A stretch of 58,016 bases of DNA from a bacterium (GTDB lineage Bacteria; Patescibacteriota; Microgenomatia; Daviesbacterales; UBA10151): assembly GCA_030647265.1 (NCBI GenBank), contig JAUSJM010000034.1, positions 1-58,016 on the forward strand. The letters run 5' to 3'. A program made the translations under genes and the position numbers. The notes beneath the pieces are model-generated. The model had not been told where the DNA came from and searched no databases. It saw only the letters and a program-made list of their open reading frames with translations. Shown here in pieces: positions 37,148 to 45,334 of this stretch; position 1 is the first letter of the stretch; every line of letters starts with the position of its first letter.

Positions 37148-38122
37148 TTAGATAACGCAATCTTCCAGGGCTACAATACTTTTATTGGTAGCATCTAACT
37201 CAAATTCTATTCCCATTGGCCAGGTATAATTTTTTACCAGATGGCCTAACTCATTAACTTGAAGAATAGGAAAATTTTTGTCTTTAGTAATCTCTAAAAC
37301 GATATCTCCTATTTCTCGATAAAATTTTTCATCGTTTTGTATGTCAGGAAAATATCCCAAAATCAAACCGTTGATACGGTTAAAAATGCCCATCAATTTT
37401 AAGTATTGTAACCTCATGTGAATAGTGTGTGACCCCTCCATACTTTCTAGGAAAAGGATCTTACCTTCTAGATTATTTAAATATTTGGCTCCAATAAGTG
37501 CCATGAGTATTTCTAAATACCCACCTATGAGCTTTCCTTTTGCTTGGCCTTGCCGGATAGTTTTCCATCCATCCGGTATTTTCTTCCCATTATCGTTTAT
37601 TAAATTGCCTAACGGATGAAATTCTGCCTTGCCTTCAACTAAGCATTTCCACATCTGTTCATCAAATTTTTTAGTGTCTTTTTGAATCCCAAATCCATAA
37701 ATTAAATCTGGACCATAAAAAGTGATAAGTCCTGTTTTATCAGTAGTAGGTGCCAGCAGTGTAGTACCATCACTCATACCGATAAATATCTTGGGATTAT
37801 TTTTTATTAACTCAAAATCCAAAAGTGGTAAAACTTCATTGGCAGTCTCTCCACCAATTGACATCAAAACGGCCTTCACTTCTGGATCCCGAAACATATC
37901 ATGCAAATCTTCAGCTCTTTGTTCAGGAGTGGCAGCAGAGTAAAAATATTTTCCTTGGGAGTGTTTTCCAAGTTTGTAATTAAACCCAAACTGTTTTAGT
38001 TTTTCTAGCCCTTTATAAAAACCCTCTGTTTGTTCGCTCTCTATGTTAATTGATTGAGAAGGGGAAATAATGCCAATTGTATCTCCCTTATTTAATCTCG
38101 AGGGTTTAATCACTTTATACAT
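37148..38122 (-). CDS. ldcA: LD-carboxypeptidase (peptidase S66)
   Basis: 324 aa with GDTIGIISPS, GMSDGTTLL (Ser nucleophile context) and ELGH near the C-terminus. Confidence 0.8.
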   Translation of the reverse strand: MYKVIKPSRLNKGDTIGIISPSQSINIESEQTEGFYKGLEKLKQFGFNYKLGKHSQGKYFYSAATPEQRAEDLHDMFRDPEVKAVLMSIGGETANEVLPLLDFELIKNNPKIFIGMSDGTTLLAPTTDKTGLITFYGPDLIYGFGIQKDTKKFDEQMWKCLVEGKAEFHPLGNLINDNGKKIPDGWKTIRQGQAKGKLIGGYLEILMALIGAKYLNNLEGKILFLESMEGSHTIHMRLQYLKLMGIFNRINGLILGYFPDIQNDEKFYREIGDIVLEITKDKNFPILQVNELGHLVKNYTWPMGIEFELDATNKSIVALEDCVI

Positions 38123-38195
38123 AACCTAAAAGATTGTATCAAAATTACATTAAACATCCTAGGGAAATATAAAAACCGATGTTGAAGTTGTTTGG

Positions 38196-38318
38196 TTACA
38201 TTTTTACTACCTCAGTAGAAGGTAAGACCACATTTTGATTTTGGGAAGCTTGGGCAAAAACAAGACTGGGAAAAAGAAGAGTTAGAGTAAAAATAATAAG
38301 CCAAAAAACCTTTCTCAC
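38196..38318 (-). CDS. possible 40-aa secreted peptide (GTG start)
   Basis: Hand translation: (M)RKVFWLIIFTLTLLFPSLVFAQASQNQNVVLPSTEVVKM*. The N-terminus is signal-peptide-like. Lies just upstream of ldcA on the same strand. Confidence 0.2.
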   Translation of the reverse strand: MRKVFWLIIFTLTLLFPSLVFAQASQNQNVVLPSTEVVKM

Positions 38319-38427
38319 TTCAAGATCATATTATCTGGAAAAAATAATAAAAGTAAATGAGAAGAAAGAAAAGAAAAGGTAATAGATCTTTTGGAAAATA
38401 TTTAAAAAGAAGAGTACAATAAGCACC

Positions 38428-39003
38428 ATGAATGATGATGTAACTATAATTCCACCTGCTCCTGTTTCTGATAACAACAGCAGTATTACTCCTATAACTT
38501 CCAATACCACTCAGCATGAGATGGAAATTATTACTGTCAATGAAGTAACAGCAGGAAACCGCCGTCAGGCAGAAGCGACCCTCAGAGCTTTGGCGGAGGC
38601 AGGTTTGGATCTAGAGCTGGCAGCTAAAGGTTTAGAAGAAGGTCATGGAAATACTGTTAATAAGATGATCACTAACCAAAGATTTATTGATATGGAAAAT
38701 AAGGTAGGAGGTATGGCAGTCTCCCAAAATTCGGTGGCTGCCTGGCAGCTGGAAGCCAAAAAAGTTTTAGGGTCAGGAAATGTTCAGTCAGAAAACACTG
38801 GTAACCCTGGATTATTAATTTATCAGGGAGTGGGGACTGAGATAGAAAAGATGGAAGATTTAAGAGAAGAGATTGGTAGCAGGAGAATTAAGATGGTGGT
38901 AGTTATGGGAACCAAAGTAGCAGGGGAGATAGAAGCTTCTAAAGAAGATCCAAGCTTACCCTCTGCAAGTTCAAGTGGTAAAATACTAAGTTACGGGGAT
39001 TAG
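38428..39003 (+). CDS. hypothetical protein (191 aa)
   Basis: ORF with no recognisable domain. Its last 10 nt overlap tRNA-Pro. Confidence 0.4.
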   Translation: MNDDVTIIPPAPVSDNNSSITPITSNTTQHEMEIITVNEVTAGNRRQAEATLRALAEAGLDLELAAKGLEEGHGNTVNKMITNQRFIDMENKVGGMAVSQNSVAAWQLEAKKVLGSGNVQSENTGNPGLLIYQGVGTEIEKMEDLREEIGSRRIKMVVVMGTKVAGEIEASKEDPSLPSASSSGKILSYGD

Positions 39004-39065
39004 TTCATCGGCAGAACGCCGGGCTGGGGGTCCGGATGTAGGGAGTTCAATTCTCCCATCCCCGA
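38994..39065 (+). tRNA. tRNA-Pro (anticodon GGG)
   Basis: Hand-folded cloverleaf: acceptor cggggat/atccccg, D arm gttc-atcggca-gaac, anticodon arm ccggg-ctgggGg-tccgg (U33, GGG, G37). Variable loop atgta, T arm gggag-ttcaatt-ctccc, discriminator A. CCA is not encoded. Confidence 0.85.
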
Positions 39066-39067
39066 CA

Positions 39068-39295
39068 GATCGAGAATTGGTGAAAGATGCTATCCGTCTT
39101 TATGTTGAGAGTTTACAAAAACATAAAGAACATATCCCTCAAGAAGAAAACTCCCTCATTAGCTCAGTGGATATAGACCTGCCACAGCTTTATGCCTAAG
39201 ACTTACAAACTCATCTAAAAGAGATTCCCAAGGGGACTTTGACTGCCATATTAAGAGAGTCTGGAGTTTCCCAAGACGAGTTTAAAAAAGCCTGA
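39068..39295 (+). pseudogene. toxin-antitoxin gene remnants immediately 3' of tRNA-Pro
   Basis: One frame reads DRELVKDAIRLYVESLQKHKEHIPQEENSLISSVDIDLPQLYA* (RHH/antitoxin-like C-terminus). It then reads DLQTHLKEIPKGTLTAILRESGVSQDEFKKA* (HicA-like C-terminus). There is no proper start. Confidence 0.4.
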
Positions 39296-39339
39296 TTTAT
39301 AAGGCAAACTTTTACTCCCTACTCTTCTGGCTTTGTACC

Positions 39340-39353
39340 TATGTATCCATACA
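39340..39353 (+). promoter_or_regulatory. inverted-repeat motif TATGTATCCATACA upstream of recA
   Basis: Exact 14-mer also present at 44206-44219. Here it lies between TTGTAC (39333-39338) and TAGAAT (39355-39360). Confidence 0.5.
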
Positions 39354-39379
39354 CTAGAATTTAAGATCAAAGTGGGGGC

Positions 39380-39407
39380 TTGACATAGTTTCGGGTTTTG
39401 TTAATAT
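39380..39407 (+). promoter_or_regulatory. candidate recA promoter TTGACA-N16-TAATAT
   Basis: ttgaca at 39380-39385 and taatat at 39402-39407. This predicts a start site at or near ATG 39415. Confidence 0.4.
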
Positions 39408-40509
39408 GAAACATATGCCACAAGATAACGGTGATGCCAAAAAAATTGCCATTTTAACTGCCATGCAACAGATCCAAAAGCAGTATGGCACGGGTTCAAT
39501 TATGAGGTTGGGTGAGCGGGTCGAGAAGATGTCTATTGATATTATTTCCACGGGTTCGATTGCTTTGGATTTGGCTCTGGGTGTAGGTGGACTTCCTAAA
39601 GGGAGAATTATTGAAATTTACGGTCCTGAAGCTTCTGGTAAAACAACAGTAGCTTTACATGTCATTGCCCAGGCTCAGAAAAAAGGCGGGGTAGCAGCTT
39701 TTATCGATGCCGAACATGCTTTAGATCCCCAAAGGGCTCAAAAGTTAGGAGTAAACTTGGATGACCTGTTAATTTCCCAGCCAGATACCGGAGAGCAGGC
39801 CCTGGAAATTGCTGAAACTTTAATCCGTTCCGGAGGTATTGATGTGATTGTTATTGACTCAGTAGCAGCCTTGGTTCCCAAAGCGGAGATTGAAGGTGAA
39901 ATGGGTGATTCTATGATGGGTGTTCAGGCCAGACTAATGTCTCAGGCTCTTCGAAAACTTACCGGAGCTATTTCCAATACTAACACCATCGCTATTTTTA
40001 CTAATCAGCTGAGGCAAAAGATTGGGGTGATGTTTGGCAATCCGGAAGTAACTACTGGAGGTATGGCCTTAAAGTTTTACTCTTCGGTTCGTTTGGATAT
40101 CAGAAAGATTGAAAATATAAAATCCGGTGATGTGGTAATAGGGTCCAGGCATCGGGTAAAGGTAGTGAAAAATAAGGTCGCTCCCCCATTTAGGATTGCT
40201 GAATTTGATATGGATTTTGATGGCATCTCTCATGAGGGAGAGCTTTTGGATGTTGGTATAGAGCTGGGGATATTAACCAAATCCGGAGCTTTTATTAAAT
40301 GGGAAGAAAAATTATTAGGTCAAGGGAGACAAGCAGTAATTATTACCTTGAAAGAAGACAAAAAACTGGCTGAAAAATTAGAAAAAGATATCAGAGAAAG
40401 ATGGGGTAAACAGGCATCAGGTAAGGATATAGTAGTAGGAAAAGAAGAACAGGAAGAAGCTATGCCTGCCGGCAGACAGGAAGCAGGTTTAGTAGAAGAA
40501 GCAGTCTAA
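39406..40509 (+). CDS. recA: recombinase RecA
   Basis: 367 aa with GPEASGKTT Walker A and IVIDSVAAL. The start could be ATG 39415. The C-terminal tail is extended. Confidence 0.96.
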   Translation: MKHMPQDNGDAKKIAILTAMQQIQKQYGTGSIMRLGERVEKMSIDIISTGSIALDLALGVGGLPKGRIIEIYGPEASGKTTVALHVIAQAQKKGGVAAFIDAEHALDPQRAQKLGVNLDDLLISQPDTGEQALEIAETLIRSGGIDVIVIDSVAALVPKAEIEGEMGDSMMGVQARLMSQALRKLTGAISNTNTIAIFTNQLRQKIGVMFGNPEVTTGGMALKFYSSVRLDIRKIENIKSGDVVIGSRHRVKVVKNKVAPPFRIAEFDMDFDGISHEGELLDVGIELGILTKSGAFIKWEEKLLGQGRQAVIITLKEDKKLAEKLEKDIRERWGKQASGKDIVVGKEEQEEAMPAGRQEAGLVEEAV

Positions 40510-40517
40510 CTTTTTGG

Positions 40518-41180
40518 ATGCCCAAAATTACCTCAGTAGAACCTCAGAAAAAGAACCCTAGAAGATTTAATGTTTTTTTAGATGGATTATTTGCTTTTGG
40601 AGCAGATGAAGATTTAATAGTAAATTACCGTCTTATCCCGGGAAAAATAATCGAACAAAAAGATCTGGAAAAACTGCTTTTTGAATCAGAAGTGGGGAAG
40701 CTCATGGAGCGAATGTACGGGCTTTTTTCTATGAGAGCTCGTTCTGAGAAAGAGGTTAGAAATTATTTAAGGAATTTATCCTTTAAAAGAAAAATAAAAG
40801 ATAAGGAAGAAATTTCTCAGTTGGTGATTGATCTTTTGGTGGAGAGGTTAAAGCAAAAGGGGATGATAAATGATTTGGAATTTGCTAAAGCTTGGGTAGA
40901 AGGAAGAAGAAAAAGCAAACAAAAGGGGGTAAGAGCTTTAGAGATGGAACTTTTTCAAAAGGGAATTAACAGAGAAATAATTGAAGAAGTCGTCAGTCAT
41001 CAGCCGTCAGCTGTCAGCGAAGAAGAGTTAGCAAAACTTGCTCTAGAAAAAAAGATGAGGTCTTGGAAAAACTTGGAAGGTTGGGAATTAAAGAAAAAAG
41101 CTACAGAATTTCTTTTAAGAAAGGGTTTCGATTATTCAGTGGTAAAAACTGTAGTTGAAAATATTCTAAAAACAGGGTAA
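40518..41180 (+). CDS. recX: RecA regulator RecX
   Basis: 220 aa directly after recA, with the RecX-type helical repeat pattern. Confidence 0.8.
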   Translation: MPKITSVEPQKKNPRRFNVFLDGLFAFGADEDLIVNYRLIPGKIIEQKDLEKLLFESEVGKLMERMYGLFSMRARSEKEVRNYLRNLSFKRKIKDKEEISQLVIDLLVERLKQKGMINDLEFAKAWVEGRRKSKQKGVRALEMELFQKGINREIIEEVVSHQPSAVSEEELAKLALEKKMRSWKNLEGWELKKKATEFLLRKGFDYSVVKTVVENILKTG

Positions 41181-41305
41181 ACTACTATCAAAGTTTAGGA
41201 AACTTGAGGAAAAAGTGATGGTTCAAGCAGCTTTTGTAGTTACCAAAACAGCTTACCTTCAAAAGCTCTCATAGAGGGTCTCTTTTCCTTTTCCTAAAAA
41301 ATTTT

Positions 41306-42646
41306 ATGCAAAAAACATTTGGACCTGGCAGTTCTGTGCCTTCTTCTGATCCTGTCTCTTCAGGAGATTTTGGCAAACAGGAGGCAGAGTTGGCAAAGAG
41401 GGAAGGTATTTTGGAGGAAAGAGAAAGACTTCTGGCTGAGAAGCTCACCGCTGTTGATCAGAGGTTGGGGGAAGTGGAAAAAATCCGCAAAGATTTAGTT
41501 GCTAAGTTAGAAAAATCTGCCGGACTTCCTCAAGAAGAAGCCAAAAAGCTGCTTTTGGAAAATATTGAAAAAGAGTTAGCTTCAGAAATTTCCAAAAGAA
41601 TTAAAGAAGCAGAAGAAGAGATCAAGGTTGAATCTGATGAAAGAGCTCGTTCTATCCTGGCAGAAGCGATGCTTCATGGGGTAACAGATTATGTGGCTGA
41701 ATTTACCACCTCTCAAGTAAAACTTCCTGATGAAGAGATGAAAGGAAGGATTATCGGTAAAGAAGGCCGCAACATCCGGGCTTTTGAAAACGCTACCGGG
41801 GTGGATGTATTGATGGATGAAACACCGGGAGTGTTAATTTTGTCTTCTTTTGATGCTGTCAGACGAGAAATTGCCCATATCGCTTTAGAGAGACTTATGC
41901 AGGATGGGAGGATTCAGCCGGAAAGGATTGAAGAGATTGTTAAAAGAACCCAAGAGGAGGTAGAAAAGATCATGTTTCAGGCAGGGGAGGCTTTGGCTCA
42001 CGAAGTGGGGGTTTATAACTTACCCCGGGAACTGATCTCTTTACTGGGCCGTTTTAAATACCGTTATTCTTATGGCCAAAACATGATCCAGCATACCCTG
42101 GAAGAGACAAAAATTGGCGTTGCTTTAGCTAAAATGCTGGGGGCCAATGTCAATATTGTCAGACTGGGCTGTCTTTTACATGATATCGGTAAGGTAGTTG
42201 ATCAAGACGATGAAGGAACACATGTGGAAAAAGGTGTCAGTGTGGCTAAAAAATATGGTTTGCCGGAAGAGGTTATAAATTGTATCGCTGAACACCATGA
42301 GGAAAAGCCTTTTTCTGCCGTAGAATCAATTATTTGTTATATCGCTGACGCTATCTCGGGAGCCAGACCCGGTGCCAGACGGGAAGATATTGAAGGATAT
42401 ATAAAGCGGATTGAGGATATTGAAAAGATTGCTACGTCCTATGAAGGGGTGGAAAAAGCCTTTGCCGTTTCGGCAGGACGGGAAGTAAGAGTGGTAGTTT
42501 TCCCGGAAAAAGTTTCCGATGAGGAATTACCTAAACTTACCCATGACATTGCTCAAAGGATCTCCAAAGAGGTGATGGTTCCGGGCCAGGTAAAAGTTAC
42601 AGCTATCAGAGAAGTCAGAGCTATGGATTACGCCATGACATCCTAA
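41306..42646 (+). CDS. rny: ribonuclease Y (no N-terminal membrane anchor in this ORF)
   Basis: 446 aa with a coiled-coil, a KH domain (GRIIGKEGRNIRAFE) and an HD domain (LLHDIGK). Confidence 0.88.
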   Translation: MQKTFGPGSSVPSSDPVSSGDFGKQEAELAKREGILEERERLLAEKLTAVDQRLGEVEKIRKDLVAKLEKSAGLPQEEAKKLLLENIEKELASEISKRIKEAEEEIKVESDERARSILAEAMLHGVTDYVAEFTTSQVKLPDEEMKGRIIGKEGRNIRAFENATGVDVLMDETPGVLILSSFDAVRREIAHIALERLMQDGRIQPERIEEIVKRTQEEVEKIMFQAGEALAHEVGVYNLPRELISLLGRFKYRYSYGQNMIQHTLEETKIGVALAKMLGANVNIVRLGCLLHDIGKVVDQDDEGTHVEKGVSVAKKYGLPEEVINCIAEHHEEKPFSAVESIICYIADAISGARPGARREDIEGYIKRIEDIEKIATSYEGVEKAFAVSAGREVRVVVFPEKVSDEELPKLTHDIAQRISKEVMVPGQVKVTAIREVRAMDYAMTS

Positions 42647-43830
42647 TATTTTATTCTCCAAGCCAGGAAATAGTTTAAGAGCAATAAAAAAACTCCTCCT
42701 AAAAAGACATGGGAGAGAATAATTGCTCCGGTAATATTAAAGTTAGCCAGGCCAGCAGGGTTTTTAATGTTTAATCCCAACATGAGGTAAATAATCGCTA
42801 TAGTCAGGAAAAAGATAGGAGAGAGTTTAGTTTTATAAAACAGATAAGTGGTAGTTATCAGGGGGAAAAGAACGATGGTGAAATGGTGCTGCCAGGCAAA
42901 GGTAGAAAAGATAAGGGTGTATAAAATACCGATATTCCAAAGAATAATTTGTGAGGTGAGATCTTGAGAGTTGATCTTTCGCTGAAAATAGATAAAAACC
43001 AGCAAAGCAAAGGACAAAAGAAGGGTGGAGAATATTCTGATAGAGGTAAGAGGTAAAGAAAATCTTAAAAAAACAGCCGTAAGTGATTGGTTATAGTAGA
43101 CAGGGTCATAAAGGTTAAAATAACGGGGGATAACTGCCCAGTAATGTAAGAAAAGGTCAGGACCAAAAACCAAGAGGGTAACAGCTCCCAAGGTTAATAA
43201 ACAAACAGCAATTCCTAATAAAATTTTTATCCTTTTTTCCAGCAGAAAGAGGAATAAGAAAAAGAGGGGGGTGATCTTAAAGATGATACCCAGAGATAGA
43301 AGAAAAGCTGCTGGTAACTCTTTTTTCTTTTGGAGAAGATAGAAACTTGTAGATAAAAAGAAAAAGAGAAAATTATTAACTTCCCCCGAGCCTAAATTAA
43401 ATCTGAAGGGAAAAAACACCAGGACTCCTGATAGATAGAATATCCAAAGAAGTCTGTTGTCTGAAATATTAAGAGCTTTAAATAAAAAGTATGAACCAAT
43501 AAGAAAGGATATTAAGGACAGCAGAAACCAGGCTATCTGACTCATTTCCAGGGGTAGTAATGGGAGTAGGGAAAAGACCAATAAAGAAGGAGGGGGAGTA
43601 TGAAAATCAGAAATCTCTTTTTTGGAATAAGGATTTAGCCCAACTGACACTTGCTTTCCTGCTTGGTAGAGCACTGTAAAATCCAAAGCTGGCTTTTGTA
43701 AGACTTTTAAGTTACTGAAAGTAAACTGCCAAGTTAATAATAAAAAAAGAGGTAGGAGTAACCAGAAGAGCTTAGGATTAGAAAGAAGGGCTTGGAGCTT
43801 CATCTGCTTTACAAGCATAAGAAAAAGCAT
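42643..43830 (-). CDS. polytopic membrane protein, DUF2029/GT87-like glycosyltransferase
   Basis: 395 aa with ~10 TM segments and an LDFTVLYQAGKQVSVGLNPYS loop typical of the DUF2029 family. Confidence 0.45.
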   Translation of the reverse strand: MLFLMLVKQMKLQALLSNPKLFWLLLPLFLLLTWQFTFSNLKVLQKPALDFTVLYQAGKQVSVGLNPYSKKEISDFHTPPPSLLVFSLLPLLPLEMSQIAWFLLSLISFLIGSYFLFKALNISDNRLLWIFYLSGVLVFFPFRFNLGSGEVNNFLFFFLSTSFYLLQKKKELPAAFLLSLGIIFKITPLFFLFLFLLEKRIKILLGIAVCLLTLGAVTLLVFGPDLFLHYWAVIPRYFNLYDPVYYNQSLTAVFLRFSLPLTSIRIFSTLLLSFALLVFIYFQRKINSQDLTSQIILWNIGILYTLIFSTFAWQHHFTIVLFPLITTTYLFYKTKLSPIFFLTIAIIYLMLGLNIKNPAGLANFNITGAIILSHVFLGGVFLLLLNYFLAWRIKY

Positions 43831-43873
43831 AGTACTTTACAACTGGACAGCTATCTGATAGATTACATCTAGG

Positions 43874-44146
43874 ATGACAAAGAACGAATTAATTGAGAAG
43901 GTAGCAAAAAAATCTTATCTTACCAAGAGGGCCACTACTGAGGCAGTAAATAATACCTTTGGTTTTATTGAAGATGCTTTGACAAGAGGAGAGAAAGTGG
44001 TGGTTTCCGGTTTTGGGACCTTTTTAATTCGCTCTCGGGCTGCCAGGAGGGGTAGAAACCCCCAAACAGGGCAGACTATTCAAATCCCTCAGAAAAAACT
44101 CCCCGGTTTTACTGCCGGAAAAACCCTCAAAAGAAAAGTTAGATAG
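43874..44146 (+). CDS. hup: HU-family DNA-binding protein
   Basis: 90 aa with GFGTFLIRSRAARRGRNPQTGQTIQIP. Confidence 0.92.
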   Translation: MTKNELIEKVAKKSYLTKRATTEAVNNTFGFIEDALTRGEKVVVSGFGTFLIRSRAARRGRNPQTGQTIQIPQKKLPGFTAGKTLKRKVR

Positions 44147-44205
44147 TATTTTTCCTTTTCCCTGGCTATTTTTGCTACTTGACTCCTCTACCCTTTTAAA
44201 GTTAG

Positions 44206-44219
44206 TATGTATCCATACA
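44206..44219 (+). promoter_or_regulatory. inverted-repeat motif TATGTATCCATACA upstream of the TrpR-like gene
   Basis: Identical to 39340-39353. It overlaps a TAGTAT -10-like hexamer (44203-44208), 18 nt after TTGACT (44179-44184). Confidence 0.5.
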
Positions 44220-44258
44220 GGAAGAATTTAGAGTTCTCGTCCAAAGGACGATGGACCT

Positions 44259-44570
44259 TTGGCCCAAAAAGTCAAAATGAGCAAGCCTAAAACCAACTCT
44301 GCTGTTAATATCCCTGACCACCTTATCAGAGAGCTTCTTACCCCATCAGAACTTCGAATGTTACAAAACCGTTGGAAAATAATGAACCTTTTAGAGGAAG
44401 GTCTGACTATTAGGGGGATAGCTGAAGAGGTGAAGGTGGGAACAGATACAGTGGTAAGGGTAGCCCGGATGACAGAAAGAAAAACAGTCAGGGAAGCTCT
44501 AAATAAGAATTTGAATTCAAAGAGGACTATCAAATCCAAAACCCCCTGGATTTTCGGTAAGTCAGAGTAG
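44259..44570 (+). CDS. TrpR-related YerC/YecD-family DNA-binding protein
   Basis: 103 aa with LLTPSELRMLQNRWKIMNLLEEGLTIRGIAEEVKVGTDTVVRVAR. The track start is TTG; ATG 44277 is an alternative. Confidence 0.7.
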   Translation: MAQKVKMSKPKTNSAVNIPDHLIRELLTPSELRMLQNRWKIMNLLEEGLTIRGIAEEVKVGTDTVVRVARMTERKTVREALNKNLNSKRTIKSKTPWIFGKSE

Positions 44571-45278
44571 TTATTTAAAAGTAGCAGCCAGTTTTTCCCA
44601 CTGGGCTTTGCGAAGTTTCAGTCTTTCGTCACTATCAATAATTTCTTTTGCTTTTTGCAGGTGTTCTTTGGCTTTTTCTGGGTTGTCCTCACGGAGCATT
44701 TCTACTAAGTGCATATGGTTTCCTGATACCCAAACGTTTTTATTGTAATCGGAAATTTCTGCTGACGTTTCCAGTTCACTCAGAGCACTCTCTGCCCTCT
44801 CAAGTGCAGTTTTATCACCAGTATTGTACTCGGCATGAGCCAAATGGAATTTAAAATCAGCTATAATAGCTGGTCTCTCAGGAACACGGTGAACAACGGG
44901 AGGATTATTGATAATATTATCAAGAGCTTCTCTAAAAGAGTTTGTGGCGTTTTGATGTTCTCCAAGAATTTCCTGAAGTTTGCCGAGATTAAATAAAGGA
45001 ATAGCCAGAGCAGTTTTATCACCACTTTCCTGGGCAATATCTACAGAGGCCATGGCAGTATACTTAGCAAGGATTAGGTAGGCTTTGTTTTCTGTTTGCT
45101 CATATAAATGACGAAGAGTAATGACACGGCCAGCAAGTGCTTCTGCGAAACCAAGAAGATCGTTCTCTTTTTGATAGGAAACCATCGCCCTCTCAGATAG
45201 CTCTAATGACTTGGTAAAATCTCCAGCTTCTCTGGCTTGCTCAGATTGGCCATGTAGTTGTCTTGCTTCTAGTTCCAC
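44571..45278 (-). CDS. TPR-like helical repeat protein, function unknown
   Basis: 235-aa all-helical repeat ORF. Its stop abuts the stop of the TrpR-like gene. Confidence 0.5.
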   Translation of the reverse strand: MELEARQLHGQSEQAREAGDFTKSLELSERAMVSYQKENDLLGFAEALAGRVITLRHLYEQTENKAYLILAKYTAMASVDIAQESGDKTALAIPLFNLGKLQEILGEHQNATNSFREALDNIINNPPVVHRVPERPAIIADFKFHLAHAEYNTGDKTALERAESALSELETSAEISDYNKNVWVSGNHMHLVEMLREDNPEKAKEHLQKAKEIIDSDERLKLRKAQWEKLAATFK

Positions 45279-45334
45279 TATGATATTTTAGCAAATTGTG
45301 GCAAGGGTTACAATAATTCGGTAGAATAAAGCCC

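Noticed and set aside
38326-38517. Minus-strand track ORF 38326-38517.
   Set aside because: It is composed of an AT-rich promoter-like spacer plus the antisense of the 38428 ORF start. The translation (…LLIYFYYFFQII) looks like translated AT-rich noise.
39340-39353. Interpreting TGTAT-CC-ATACA as a canonical LexA SOS box.
   Set aside because: The half-sites resemble the E. coli CTGTAT/ATACAG arms, but the spacing is 2 nt instead of 4 between the TGTAT arms (CTGT-N8-ACAG overall). It also does not match the GAAC-N4-GTTC Cheo box. I therefore do not call it a LexA site.
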